Shown here: piece by piece, positions 17,669 through 26,401 of the stretch
Position numbering within the stretch: position 1 is the first letter of the stretch
Layout: every line of letters begins with the position of its first letter
NCBI GenBank assembly: GCA_964581275.1
Contig: CAZOOE010000003.1
Span: 1 to 45,497, forward strand
Source of the DNA: an uncultured Clostridia bacterium
Lineage (GTDB): Bacteria; Acidobacteriota; Blastocatellia; UBA7656
Reading direction: 5' to 3'
DNA length: 45,497 nucleotides
Notes under the pieces: model-generated
What the model was told of the DNA's origin: nothing
Database searches by the model: none
What the model saw: only the letters and a program-made list of their open reading frames with translations
Program-made: the position numbers and the translations under genes

Positions 17669-18250
17669 ATGAGATACACCGCTCAACACAAACAAGAGAC
17701 CCGCGAGCGCGTCGTGCGTGTTGCATCGCGCCACTTTCGGAAGCTGGGCGGCAAGGGATTGGCGATCGCTGATCTGATGCACCAACTTGATTTGACCCAC
17801 GGAGGGTTTTACCGCCACTTTGTCAGCAAGGAACAGTTGTTGGCCGAGGCGGTCGTACAGGGTTTTGAAGAGTCGACAACGAGGTTCACGGACGCTGTCG
17901 AAAAGGCGCCGGCTGGAGGCGAGCTGAAAGTCATCGTTGAAACGTACCTCAGTCTTGAGCACTGCGCGAATCCTGCCGATGGCTGCCCGCTGGCGGCCAT
18001 GGGATCAGAGATCGCGCGTTATCCCCGGACCGTGCGTGTCAAAATCGATCGAGCTATGCGAGAGCACTCGGCGAAGATCGCCAAGTTCGTGCCTGGCGCT
18101 ACGAAGAAGGAACAAGAACGCAACTGCCTGATCCTTTTTTCGGGAATGGCGGGCGCGTTGAACGTTGCCAGGGCAACTGCCGACCCTGAATTGCGCTCGA
18201 GTATTCTGCGGTCGGCAAAGGAGTTCTATATCAAGGCATTTTCCGGGTGA
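17669..18250 (+). CDS. TetR/AcrR-family transcriptional regulator
   Basis: MRYTAQHKQETRERVV...IADLM...LTHGGFYRHFVSKEQL; C-terminal GCPLAA. Confidence 0.93.
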   Translation: MRYTAQHKQETRERVVRVASRHFRKLGGKGLAIADLMHQLDLTHGGFYRHFVSKEQLLAEAVVQGFEESTTRFTDAVEKAPAGGELKVIVETYLSLEHCANPADGCPLAAMGSEIARYPRTVRVKIDRAMREHSAKIAKFVPGATKKEQERNCLILFSGMAGALNVARATADPELRSSILRSAKEFYIKAFSG

Positions 18251-18267
18251 ACCTCGCCCCTTTTTTT
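18245..18267 (+). terminator. Short hairpin plus T7 after tetR
   Basis: GGGTGA-acc-TCGCCC-C-TTTTTTT. Confidence 0.5.
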
Positions 18268-18270
18268 GGC

Positions 18271-18300
18271 GTTATAAGATGATGATTGTCATCTTATAAC
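18271..18300. promoter_or_regulatory. Perfect 12-bp inverted repeat; probable TetR operator of the exporter operon
   Basis: GTTATAAGATGA-tgattg-TCATCTTATAAC. Its core GATGAT-N4-GTCATC matches the site in the tetR promoter. Confidence 0.75.
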
Positions 18301-18314
18301 TGGGAGGGCAAGCG

Positions 18315-18467
18315 ATGAACTTTTTGGCACTCGTGATGCGCCTCCAGGAAGGTGACATCGCTGGAGCGGAAACTGATTTCAAACGATCTCTCGCCCTTGA
18401 TCCTTCGTTCACGCCCAACGTTGAACGCTTCCTCCGAGAAGGAAAGCGATCCTCCAAAGAACGATAG
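18315..18467 (+). pseudogene. 50-aa chimeric ORF: permease-like start plus TPR-like tail
   Basis: RBS GGAGG; MNFLALVM resembles MNFVALKM of the downstream permease; GDIAGAETDFKRSLALDP is TPR-like. Confidence 0.4.
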
Positions 18468-18637
18468 TCCCGAGCTTGCGAATCATAAGCGTGGTCACCA
18501 ATGAACCATCACGATGTCGATCTGGTGTTTCTCATGCGTCGAAAGGTTGAACGAGTGAATCTGAATCACTCTGGAGAGGCGAAACCGACAGGATTAGCTT
18601 CCGGTGGAATGCCAGGAGGTTCTGAGAGGAGACAAGG

Positions 18638-19777
18638 ATGAACTTCGTTGCGCTCAAGATGCTCACCGGTGATCGCGCCAAGTATCTCGGTCTGGTTTTC
18701 ACCATCGCCTTCTGCACGTTTCTACTGGAGAACCAAACGTCCATCTTCGCCGGAATTCTGAAACGCACCGGAAGCCAGATTGCTGATGTCACGGACGCGG
18801 ACATTTGGGTAATGGATGCCAAGACGGAATATTTCGAGCAAACAAAGGCGATGAAAGATACAGACCTGACGCGGGTGCGCGGCGTGGATGGTGTTCAGTG
18901 GGCGGTCAAGCTCTTCAAGGGCAGTCCAGTCGCTCGCACGCTTGACGGAAAGTTCGCGGTGTCGTTTTGTCTTGGGCTCGACGACGCCACGCTGACGGGC
19001 GTGCCGCGGAAGATGCTGCTCGGGTCATGGGAACGCCTTCGCGAGCCGGATGCCGTGGTGATCGACAAGGCGGGCTACGCCCTGCTGTTTCCCGGCGAGC
19101 GGCTACAGCTTGACCGCACGATAGAACTTAACGATCACAAAGCCACCATCGTCGGCATCTCCGACGCTTCTGCGCCTTTTGTCAGTTGGCCCGTCATGCA
19201 CACGCGCTATAGCCAGTCGGTGAACTTTGTCGGCCGCGAGCGCACGCAGCTCTCCTACGTACTAGTGCATTCGCAGCCGGGAGTTGACCCTCTGGAGCTT
19301 TGCCGCCGCATCGAGGCGCAAACTGAATTGCGCGCGCGCACAAGCGAACAGTTTCAGTGGGATTGTGTTGCTTACTACCTGAAGAACACCGGTATTCCTG
19401 TCAACTTCGGGATCACGATTGCGATCGCGCTAATCGTCGGCATCGCAGTCGCGGGACAGACCTTCTATTTGTTCACTGTTGAAAACTTGAAGCAGTTCGG
19501 CGCCCTCAAGGCGATTGGCGTTACGAACTGGCGCCTCACCGGGATGATTCTGTTGCAGGCACTCACGGTTGGTGTGATTGGCTTCTCGCTGGGCTCCGGT
19601 CTCTGTGCGGGGTTCTTTGCGATCACGGTCAACAACCTGCCAACGCGGGGGCTGGTCTTGATGTGGCAGAACGTGATCGGCACAGGCGTCGCGATTCTCT
19701 TTGTCGTTATTTTGGCCAGCCTGATCAGCATCCGCCGCGTACTGTTTTTGGAGCCAGCGGCCGTTTTTCGAGGATAG
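18638..19777 (+). CDS. ABC exporter permease (FtsX/MacB/DevC-like)
   Basis: N-terminal TM, large periplasmic loop, three C-terminal TMs; FGALKAIG...ILLQAL; LEPAAVFRG. Confidence 0.92.
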   Translation: MNFVALKMLTGDRAKYLGLVFTIAFCTFLLENQTSIFAGILKRTGSQIADVTDADIWVMDAKTEYFEQTKAMKDTDLTRVRGVDGVQWAVKLFKGSPVARTLDGKFAVSFCLGLDDATLTGVPRKMLLGSWERLREPDAVVIDKAGYALLFPGERLQLDRTIELNDHKATIVGISDASAPFVSWPVMHTRYSQSVNFVGRERTQLSYVLVHSQPGVDPLELCRRIEAQTELRARTSEQFQWDCVAYYLKNTGIPVNFGITIAIALIVGIAVAGQTFYLFTVENLKQFGALKAIGVTNWRLTGMILLQALTVGVIGFSLGSGLCAGFFAITVNNLPTRGLVLMWQNVIGTGVAILFVVILASLISIRRVLFLEPAAVFRG

Positions 19778-19782
19778 CAAAG

Positions 19783-20514
19783 ATGAGTTCAGCAGAGATC
19801 GCAGTTCAGTGCCGAGACGTGCACAAGGTATTTGGCAGAGCAGATGCCAGGGTTCTGGCGCTGCGCGGCGTTGACCTGGACGTGAGCTACGGAGCAATGA
19901 CTTTGCTCGTTGGGCCGAGCGGCTGCGGAAAGACGACGCTGCTTTCGGTCATCACCGGCCTTCTCAACAGCAACGGGGGTGAGGTTACGGTTCTCGGCGA
20001 ACAGGTTGAGCGGCTGCCCGGCCGGCAGCAGATTCTCTTTCGTAGAAAGAATCTCGGTTTCGTTTTCCAGCAGTACAACCTTTTGCCCGCGCTCACCGCA
20101 GCAGAGAACGCCGCGGTGCCACTCCTTGCAGACGGAATGTCCAAGAAAAAAGCTGTCGAGAGAGCTAAGCGGCTGCTCGACACACTTGGCATAGGAGATC
20201 GGATGAACGCGTTGCCCAGTGAGTTATCCGGTGGGCAGCAGCAGCGAGTGGCGCTGGCGCGGGCTCTCGTTCACGAGCCGCGTCTTCTTGTGTGCGATGA
20301 ACCGACCGCCGCGCTGGATGCAGAGACCGGAAACACAGTGATGAAGTTGTTGGAGGCTGAAGCTGTGCGCCCGGATCGAGCGGTGCTCGTTGTCACTCAT
20401 GACAACCGCATCTTCGGCTTCGCCGACACAATCGCCAGGATGGATGACGGGCGGATCGTGGAAGTCGAGACTGGGCTGCGTAATGGAAATCACGGCGAGC
20501 TCGCGGCCGATTGA
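19783..20514 (+). CDS. ABC transporter ATP-binding protein (LolD/MacB-like)
   Basis: Walker A GPSGCGKT, signature LSGGQQQR, Walker B LLVCDEPT, H-loop VTHD. Confidence 0.95.
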   Translation: MSSAEIAVQCRDVHKVFGRADARVLALRGVDLDVSYGAMTLLVGPSGCGKTTLLSVITGLLNSNGGEVTVLGEQVERLPGRQQILFRRKNLGFVFQQYNLLPALTAAENAAVPLLADGMSKKKAVERAKRLLDTLGIGDRMNALPSELSGGQQQRVALARALVHEPRLLVCDEPTAALDAETGNTVMKLLEAEAVRPDRAVLVVTHDNRIFGFADTIARMDDGRIVEVETGLRNGNHGELAAD

Positions 20515-20534
20515 GAGGCAAGAAAGGAGTTGTC

Positions 20535-21593
20535 ATGAAAAAGTATGGCTTACCGTTATTGGCTCTGATCGCTTTGATCTTTGGCACCATAGAAGTTTGG
20601 AAGTGGCGTTCAGTGAAATCAGCAACAACGCCGCCGTCGTCGCCCCCGACCACGGAATTTCAGCACACTGTCGGCGCAGTTGGCCTCGTCGAAGCAAGCT
20701 CCGAGAACATAGCGATCAGCACCGCGGTTCCCGGCCTGGTGATGCAGGTCCACGTCAAAGCTGGCGATCAAGTGAAGGCAGGACAGAACCTTTTTTCACT
20801 GGACGACCGCGATCTTCGAGCTGAGCTGGAAGTGCGCCGAACTGAGATCGAAGTGGCGAGTCGCAAACTAGCGAAGCTCGCACAATCTCCTCGTGCCGAA
20901 GAAATTCCACCCGCGGAAGCGCGTGTGCGTGAAGCCGAAGCGGCGATGGCCGACGCGGCGGTGCAACAAAAGTTGATTGAGAGCGTGACCGATCGAAGAG
21001 CGATTCGCGTGGAAGACCTGCAACGGCGACGCCTCGCAGCCAAGGCGGCAGAGGCAAAACTTGATGAAGCCAAAGCCGCCCTGTCCTTGCTGAAGTCGGG
21101 CTCCTGGGGACCGGAATTGGACATCGCTCGCGCCGAAGTTGAGCTCGCGAAGGCGAACGTCAAGCGACTTGAGACCGACATCGATCGCCTGACGGTGCGC
21201 GCTCCTATTACGGGAGAAATATTACAACTGAACGTACGCGCCGGTGAGTACGCCCAGAGTGGTCCTCTGGCAAAGCCATTGATCGTGATGGGTGAAACCA
21301 GCCGCCTTAACGTGCGCACTGATGTGGACGAGAACGAAGCGTGGAGAGTTAGCGGTAACGCGGCGGCGCAGGCCACCGAGCGCGGCAACAGCGGGCTCAA
21401 GGTGCAATTGGAGTTCGTTCGCTTTGAGCCTTACGTCGTGCCTAAGAAATCGCTCACCGGTGATAGCACCGAGCGCGTAGACACGCGGGTGCTGCAGGTT
21501 ATCTACCGCTTCAAGGATCGAAACATTCCTTTTCGCGTCGGACAGCAAATGGATGTCTTCATCGCAGCCGGTCAGGAAGGAGGCGAGCCGTGA
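20535..21593 (+). CDS. HlyD-family periplasmic adaptor (MFP)
   Basis: RBS AAGGAG; N-terminal TM; lipoyl halves VKAGDQVKAGQ.LF.LD and VRAPITGEIL..NVRAGE; coiled hairpin. Confidence 0.92.
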   Translation: MKKYGLPLLALIALIFGTIEVWKWRSVKSATTPPSSPPTTEFQHTVGAVGLVEASSENIAISTAVPGLVMQVHVKAGDQVKAGQNLFSLDDRDLRAELEVRRTEIEVASRKLAKLAQSPRAEEIPPAEARVREAEAAMADAAVQQKLIESVTDRRAIRVEDLQRRRLAAKAAEAKLDEAKAALSLLKSGSWGPELDIARAEVELAKANVKRLETDIDRLTVRAPITGEILQLNVRAGEYAQSGPLAKPLIVMGETSRLNVRTDVDENEAWRVSGNAAAQATERGNSGLKVQLEFVRFEPYVVPKKSLTGDSTERVDTRVLQVIYRFKDRNIPFRVGQQMDVFIAAGQEGGEP

Positions 21594-22987
21594 GACGAAT
21601 GATGTCACCAGCTTCTTATGTCCTTGTCGTCTTACTACTGCTCAGCGGCTGCGCGGTTAAACGGAAAGTACAAACCCCAACAGCGCAAGTCCCAATGCGC
21701 TGGAGCGAGCCGGCCACACACGGGATCGCTGTTGATTCTCCCGCAGTAAGAGAATGGTGGAAAACCTTTCGAGACTCGACGCTGGATTCGCTGATCGACA
21801 GGGCCATTCCCGCGAATCTTGATCTGCGAATGGCGGCAGAACGCGTAACTGAAGCACGGGCCGCTCGCGACGTCTCGAAATCTGCCGTGCTGCCGTCAGT
21901 GGGGACATCGGGCAGCTACACTCGGTTCCGCGGCGGCATCGCTCAAGGACGCGTGCCGTTTGAGACAAGCATCTTTCAGGTTGGCTTCGACGCTTCGTGG
22001 GAGCTTGATTTCTTCGGCGGCCTGCGGCACGGGGTGGACGCGGCGGCCGCAGATTTGCGAGCCGCTGAAGAAAGCAGGCGCGACGTACAGGTTACGGTGC
22101 TGGCAGAGATCGGGCGCAACTACCTTGAGGTGCGAGGCCTTCAAAAACGGTCGCAGATAGTGCGCAGCAACATCGAAACGCAGCAACAGACACTTGATCT
22201 CACGCGCGTTCGGTACCAGGCAGGCCTCGCAACTGACCTCGACGTTGCGCGGGCTGCAGCACAACTGGCGACAACGCAAGCAGCCATTCCTTCGCTCGAA
22301 GAAAGCCTCGCGATCGGGACTCATCGGCTCGGCGTGCTGCTTGGCGAAGAACCCGGAGCGCTGCAAGCTGAGCTGGACAAGGAAGCCCCATTACCTTCGG
22401 TTCCTGCTTCGATTCCGGTTGGACTGCCAACCGACCTGTTGCTCCGCAGGCCTGACGTGCGGCAAGCCGACGCAGAGGTTGCCGCCGCAACGGCGCGCGT
22501 AGGTGTCGCGCGCTCCGACCTCTTTCCCAAGTTCACACTGACCGGGTTGATGGGAAGACAAGCGACAAGCGTCGGTGGCCTGACACTGGGCCTTGGTAAC
22601 TTCTTTTCATTCGGACCAGGCGTGCGCTTGCCGATTTTCACAGGCGGAAGAATCCGCTCAAACATCGCCGTGCAAGATGCGCGGCTCCAGCAAGCAGCCA
22701 CGCAATATGAAAGCACGATGCTGAAGTCCCTTGAAGACGTCGAGAACGCGCTGGTTGCCTACTCACGCGAACAGGAGCGCCGAGCAAAGCTTCAGCAAGC
22801 GGTAGATGAGAGCCGACGCGCAGTCGAATTGGCCAACGAACTCTATCTGCGCGGGCTGGGAGATTTCCTTTCTGTGTTGGAAGCACAGAAGACACGCTAC
22901 GAACTCGAAAACGAATTAGCGCAAAGCGAAACCAGCGTGGTCGTCAATCTCGTCGCCCTTTACAAAGCTCTTGGAGGAGGCTGGTGA
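21590..22987 (+). CDS. Outer-membrane efflux lipoprotein (NodT/OprM family)
   Basis: Lipobox LSGC; WW..F.D..LD.LI; SWELDFFG; LLLRRPDVRQA; LYKALGGGW. Confidence 0.95.
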   Translation: MRRMMSPASYVLVVLLLLSGCAVKRKVQTPTAQVPMRWSEPATHGIAVDSPAVREWWKTFRDSTLDSLIDRAIPANLDLRMAAERVTEARAARDVSKSAVLPSVGTSGSYTRFRGGIAQGRVPFETSIFQVGFDASWELDFFGGLRHGVDAAAADLRAAEESRRDVQVTVLAEIGRNYLEVRGLQKRSQIVRSNIETQQQTLDLTRVRYQAGLATDLDVARAAAQLATTQAAIPSLEESLAIGTHRLGVLLGEEPGALQAELDKEAPLPSVPASIPVGLPTDLLLRRPDVRQADAEVAAATARVGVARSDLFPKFTLTGLMGRQATSVGGLTLGLGNFFSFGPGVRLPIFTGGRIRSNIAVQDARLQQAATQYESTMLKSLEDVENALVAYSREQERRAKLQQAVDESRRAVELANELYLRGLGDFLSVLEAQKTRYELENELAQSETSVVVNLVALYKALGGGW

Positions 22988-23028
22988 GGGTTCGGGAATT
23001 ACATCCCAGGATTAGAAGGATTGATGTG

Positions 23029-23379
23029 ATGCTTACAAATCAAGAGCTCCTGACTGGAACGTATCGTGCTTTCAACGCCCGCGATATTGATACCGTCCTT
23101 GACGTAATGCATCCGGAAGTGAGCTGGCCGAACGGTTGGGAAGGAGGGCGCCTGCATGGTCATCAGGCCCTTCGTGATTACTGGATGCGCCAGTGGAGCG
23201 CTATTGATCCCACTGTCAAGCCTATCAGCTTCAGCATCAATGCGGCAGAAAGAATTGTAGTGAGAGTGAATCAAGTTGTGCACGATCTCCAGGCAATCGT
23301 CATTTCAGACGAGATAGTCTAGCACGCTTATCTGATTGAGGACGGCTTGATCAGAAACATGGAGATCAACAATCCTTGA
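23029..23379 (+). pseudogene. NTF2/SnoaL-like protein interrupted by in-frame TAG at 23320-23322
   Basis: YRAFNARDID...HPEVSWPNGWEGG...DYW.RQW..IDP.V. After the TAG the frame continues HAYLIEDGLIRNMEI, the expected final strands. Confidence 0.75.
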
Positions 23380-23428
23380 GCCTCGGCCGCTGATTTGCTG
23401 GTCGGATATATTGTGCATTTCGCTTAGG

Positions 23429-23779
23429 CTACTGGCGCTTCACCTCTGGATGCAAGTTCCCCATCAACAACGCCTGATAGGGGAACAGGCGGGCGCGAAA
23501 GATTCTCTCTTGCACCCCAGGGTCTCCCTCCATAATTGCCAGTGCGTCTTCCTCCGAGTCCGCGCGAAACACAACGCTCGCAAACCCTTCCTCGGTCGTC
23601 ACAAGAGTGCGACCAGCAAAGATCAGTATTCCTCTGGCGGTTAGTTCCTGAAGATAAGCCCAGTGCCGAGCTACGTCAGGGATCTCCGCTTCGGTCGGCC
23701 CCTCGGTCGTGATCGCGAGGCGCGTTGGCTTCAACATATACATAAAGACGTTGGTTGGTTCCAAGAAAGGGTTGGACAC
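23429..23779 (-). CDS. YciI/YCII-related protein
   Basis: RBS GAGGAG; HWAYLQEL...LIFAGRT...VFRADSEEDA..IMEGDPGV...LFPY. Confidence 0.8.
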   Translation of the reverse strand: MSNPFLEPTNVFMYMLKPTRLAITTEGPTEAEIPDVARHWAYLQELTARGILIFAGRTLVTTEEGFASVVFRADSEEDALAIMEGDPGVQERIFRARLFPYQALLMGNLHPEVKRQ

Positions 23780-23843
23780 TGGTGTCTCCTCTCAATAGCA
23801 ATCCGCTTGATCTACGGTATAGACTGTTAAGCGCGCATCGGAT

Positions 23844-24601
23844 CTATCTCTTTACCCTCTCAACTATTTGCTTGATCGTATCAATTACCAATTCCGGCTG
23901 ATCATGCGGAAGGTCATGCCCGCTCTTTTCCGTTACAACGTGCTTGCTGCCAGGCACTCGTCTCAGAAACTCCTTATGCATTCTGAGCCACACCTGCAGA
24001 CCTTCCGCGGGGGGCTCAGGTCCGGGACGCATAGCGGTTAACAAGACGAGTGGCACTCGCGGCAACGGCCATGCTGCCTTGGCCTGTTGTACGCTTATGT
24101 TCAAAGCTGCCCATTGATCCTTGACCTTCAACCATCCATAGAAAGCTTCCGGAGCAGGGTCTACAAGGACAATTCCGGACACCTCCTGCGGATACTTGTG
24201 AGCGAATACCCGCATGTACATTCCTCCGGCAGAGTGTCCGACGAGCACATAAGGCGGTTTTAGTTTCGCCTTCTTCAAGGCCTTATGCAGTTCGCTAACT
24301 ATTTGCTCGGCAGTGCGGGGTTTCCATCCCGGTTCCGACTTACCAAATCCCGCGCGATCATAGGAAATCACCGTAGCAAATTTGGATATTTCAGGCTGGA
24401 CTCTGTCCCAGGAGTCGAGCGTTCCCGAAAAGCCCGCTTCCAATACGACTACCGGACTGGCCGTACCGGTTACCAGGGTATTGAGACGATGCCCCCTACG
24501 TCAATCACCTGGGACACGCCGGTTTGAGCAGGGGATAGTGAATAGGCGCAGAAACTAAGGGTGAAAGAAATGATGAGCTGCTTTTTCCAGATCATTGTCA
24601 T
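23844..24601 (-). pseudogene. Secreted alpha/beta hydrolase with a -1 frameshift in a G5 run (24492-24496)
   Basis: The signal-peptide frame ...AQTGVSQVIDVG joins GHRLNTLVTGTASPVVVLEAG if one G is added. YDRAGFGKS, GHSAGG and SGHD motifs are present. Confidence 0.75.
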
Positions 24602-24640
24602 TCCTGCAACTCGTCTTAGACAAGGGATACAGTGGTCACT

Positions 24641-24910
24641 GAGCATCTCCGTCCCGCGAGCTGCGGTGATGTCTCCCAGGTCGAGAATCTCTTGCTCTTT
24701 CCAACCGAACGACTCCAAGAGCGCCGACACAGTTGCTTTCGCGTCCGCGAATGTCCCGTGTGATGCTCCGGCTCCGACCTTTTGTGACCACTCTGCAGTG
24801 TTTTGATTCTGCGCCGACCGCGAACCCAAATTCACTTCATGGCCGATTTCAGCCAACCGGCTACCGATGCTTTGACCGACCACGCCAGCTCCTAGAATTT
24901 CGATTCTCAT
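24641..24910 (-). pseudogene. F420-dependent NADP oxidoreductase-family remnant with large in-frame internal deletion
   Basis: The Rossmann start ILGAGVVG...GHEV.LGSR...GTFADA is joined directly to C-terminal KATVSALLESFGW...DLGDITAARGTEML. Confidence 0.75.
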
Positions 24911-24938
24911 TTCGAGTCCTTTCAAATGCATTGAAGAA

Positions 24939-26366
24939 TCAAAATCTAAACGTGATCCACGAGGTCAGATAGTTGGTGTTCTTTCCCGGCGGCGTCTCTT
25001 TCAGAAATTTTCCTGTCTGAAGACGCGATACTATCAATGTGAATGACCAGTGACGCTGGATGGGCCAATCCAATCTCGCTGAAGGCAACTCACCAACGTA
25101 GCGTGCGCGACTTAATTGTCCCGTGCGTAGCGGAGAGACGTTGATGCCATAGGCCCCATCGCGCGCACTCTCACGCCAGAAAAACGCCGAGCCCACGGTC
25201 ATCGTCAGCTTGCCCATCGGGGCTATTCGCAAATTAGGAAAGAGCGCGAGGGAATTGGCCGCGCCCAGGAGTCCAATGGTGTCGGAATAGGTCGTTCCGG
25301 GGAACAGGGGGTTGAAGGTTTCCAGATGTCCATCGTTCGGATTCTTATCCCCACTTGTTATATCGGCTCTCAAACCGATCCGCGGCCTTGACTCCGAATG
25401 ACCGACAATGTAGCCCGAGTCGGAAGAGAGTGCCCAGGCGCGAATGCTGCTTCTCTTTCCCAGACTCTCAAACGTGCCAACCTGCATGATGCCATCTAGG
25501 TTGTAGTCGAAAGCTTTGACTTGTCCGAAACTGCGCGCGCCAAATGTGTGGCGAACCTCGCGACCCGTCCCCTGATCGAATCTGCCACTCTTGCGAGCCA
25601 GCCCGATGTAGAAGACCGATGCGCCACCGTGCATCTTCGGGCGCGCTCGTGTGGTTCCAATTCCCCAAAAAGTTTGAGATGGATCCGGAGCGTCGTTGAA
25701 GAGGCCGCGCTTGACGGATACAAGCTTGTCAACCTGTGCATTTGTGGTCCATCTGCCCGTCTTCCAGATCAGCCGCACCCCATCAAAACTACGCTTGACG
25801 TTCAGGCCTTCGCCTGACGATATTAGCCGTCCGGCGCCCAAGTCCATTTCGTGTCTGCCAAGGCGAAGGACCAACGAATCACCTTCGTCTCCGGTTTTGA
25901 AATCGAGGAAGGCTTGATGAACTTCCAAACGGTCATCGTCTGTAAGCCGCGGTCCGCCATTGCGCCCCTTCTCGATCCCGCTTTGAAGCTGAGTGAAGAC
26001 TCGCCACCTTTTCCCCAAATGCCAATCCGCGTGCAACAAATATCGTTGTAATAGATAACCGTTGTCGTCTTGTGGACCAGCGCCAAAAGCAAACTCGCTG
26101 AAGTATTCGTAGCGAATACGCGCTTCTCCACCGAGCGATACGTACCACCCTGGTTTGTTTAGTGAGATGTACTTGAGTTTATCTAGCGGGTCGGCTTGTC
26201 TGGCGCTATCGCTCAAATAGCTCCAGTCCTCCTCATAGCGCTGTTGTTGATAAGACGGAGGTGACAATGAAGGTGTGGGATTTGGCGCTTGACCCCGAAC
26301 CCGAATACACAACGGAAACAGCCAGATAATAAAGCTAAGCGAGCAATATCCCGCGATACTTTTCAT
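24939..26366 (-). CDS. Alginate export (AlgE) family outer-membrane beta-barrel
   Basis: Signal peptide; RYEEDWSYL...LKYI.L...SLGGEARIRYE; RLGRHE; SFDGVR; SGDKNP.DG.LETFNPLFP; C-terminal Phe (ITFRF). Confidence 0.88.
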   Translation of the reverse strand: MKSIAGYCSLSFIIWLFPLCIRVRGQAPNPTPSLSPPSYQQQRYEEDWSYLSDSARQADPLDKLKYISLNKPGWYVSLGGEARIRYEYFSEFAFGAGPQDDNGYLLQRYLLHADWHLGKRWRVFTQLQSGIEKGRNGGPRLTDDDRLEVHQAFLDFKTGDEGDSLVLRLGRHEMDLGAGRLISSGEGLNVKRSFDGVRLIWKTGRWTTNAQVDKLVSVKRGLFNDAPDPSQTFWGIGTTRARPKMHGGASVFYIGLARKSGRFDQGTGREVRHTFGARSFGQVKAFDYNLDGIMQVGTFESLGKRSSIRAWALSSDSGYIVGHSESRPRIGLRADITSGDKNPNDGHLETFNPLFPGTTYSDTIGLLGAANSLALFPNLRIAPMGKLTMTVGSAFFWRESARDGAYGINVSPLRTGQLSRARYVGELPSARLDWPIQRHWSFTLIVSRLQTGKFLKETPPGKNTNYLTSWITFRF

Positions 26367-26401
26367 GCAAAAACCTATTCGAACGGTCCCAAACCAACGT
26401 C

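Noticed and set aside
23320-23322. Amber recoding (pyrrolysine or alternative genetic code)
   Set aside because: TAG terminates complete genes elsewhere (e.g. 19777, 32543), and no pyl genes are present.
24939-26366. Alginate biosynthesis locus
   Set aside because: No alg8/alg44/algK/algG-type genes are nearby; only the barrel family matches.
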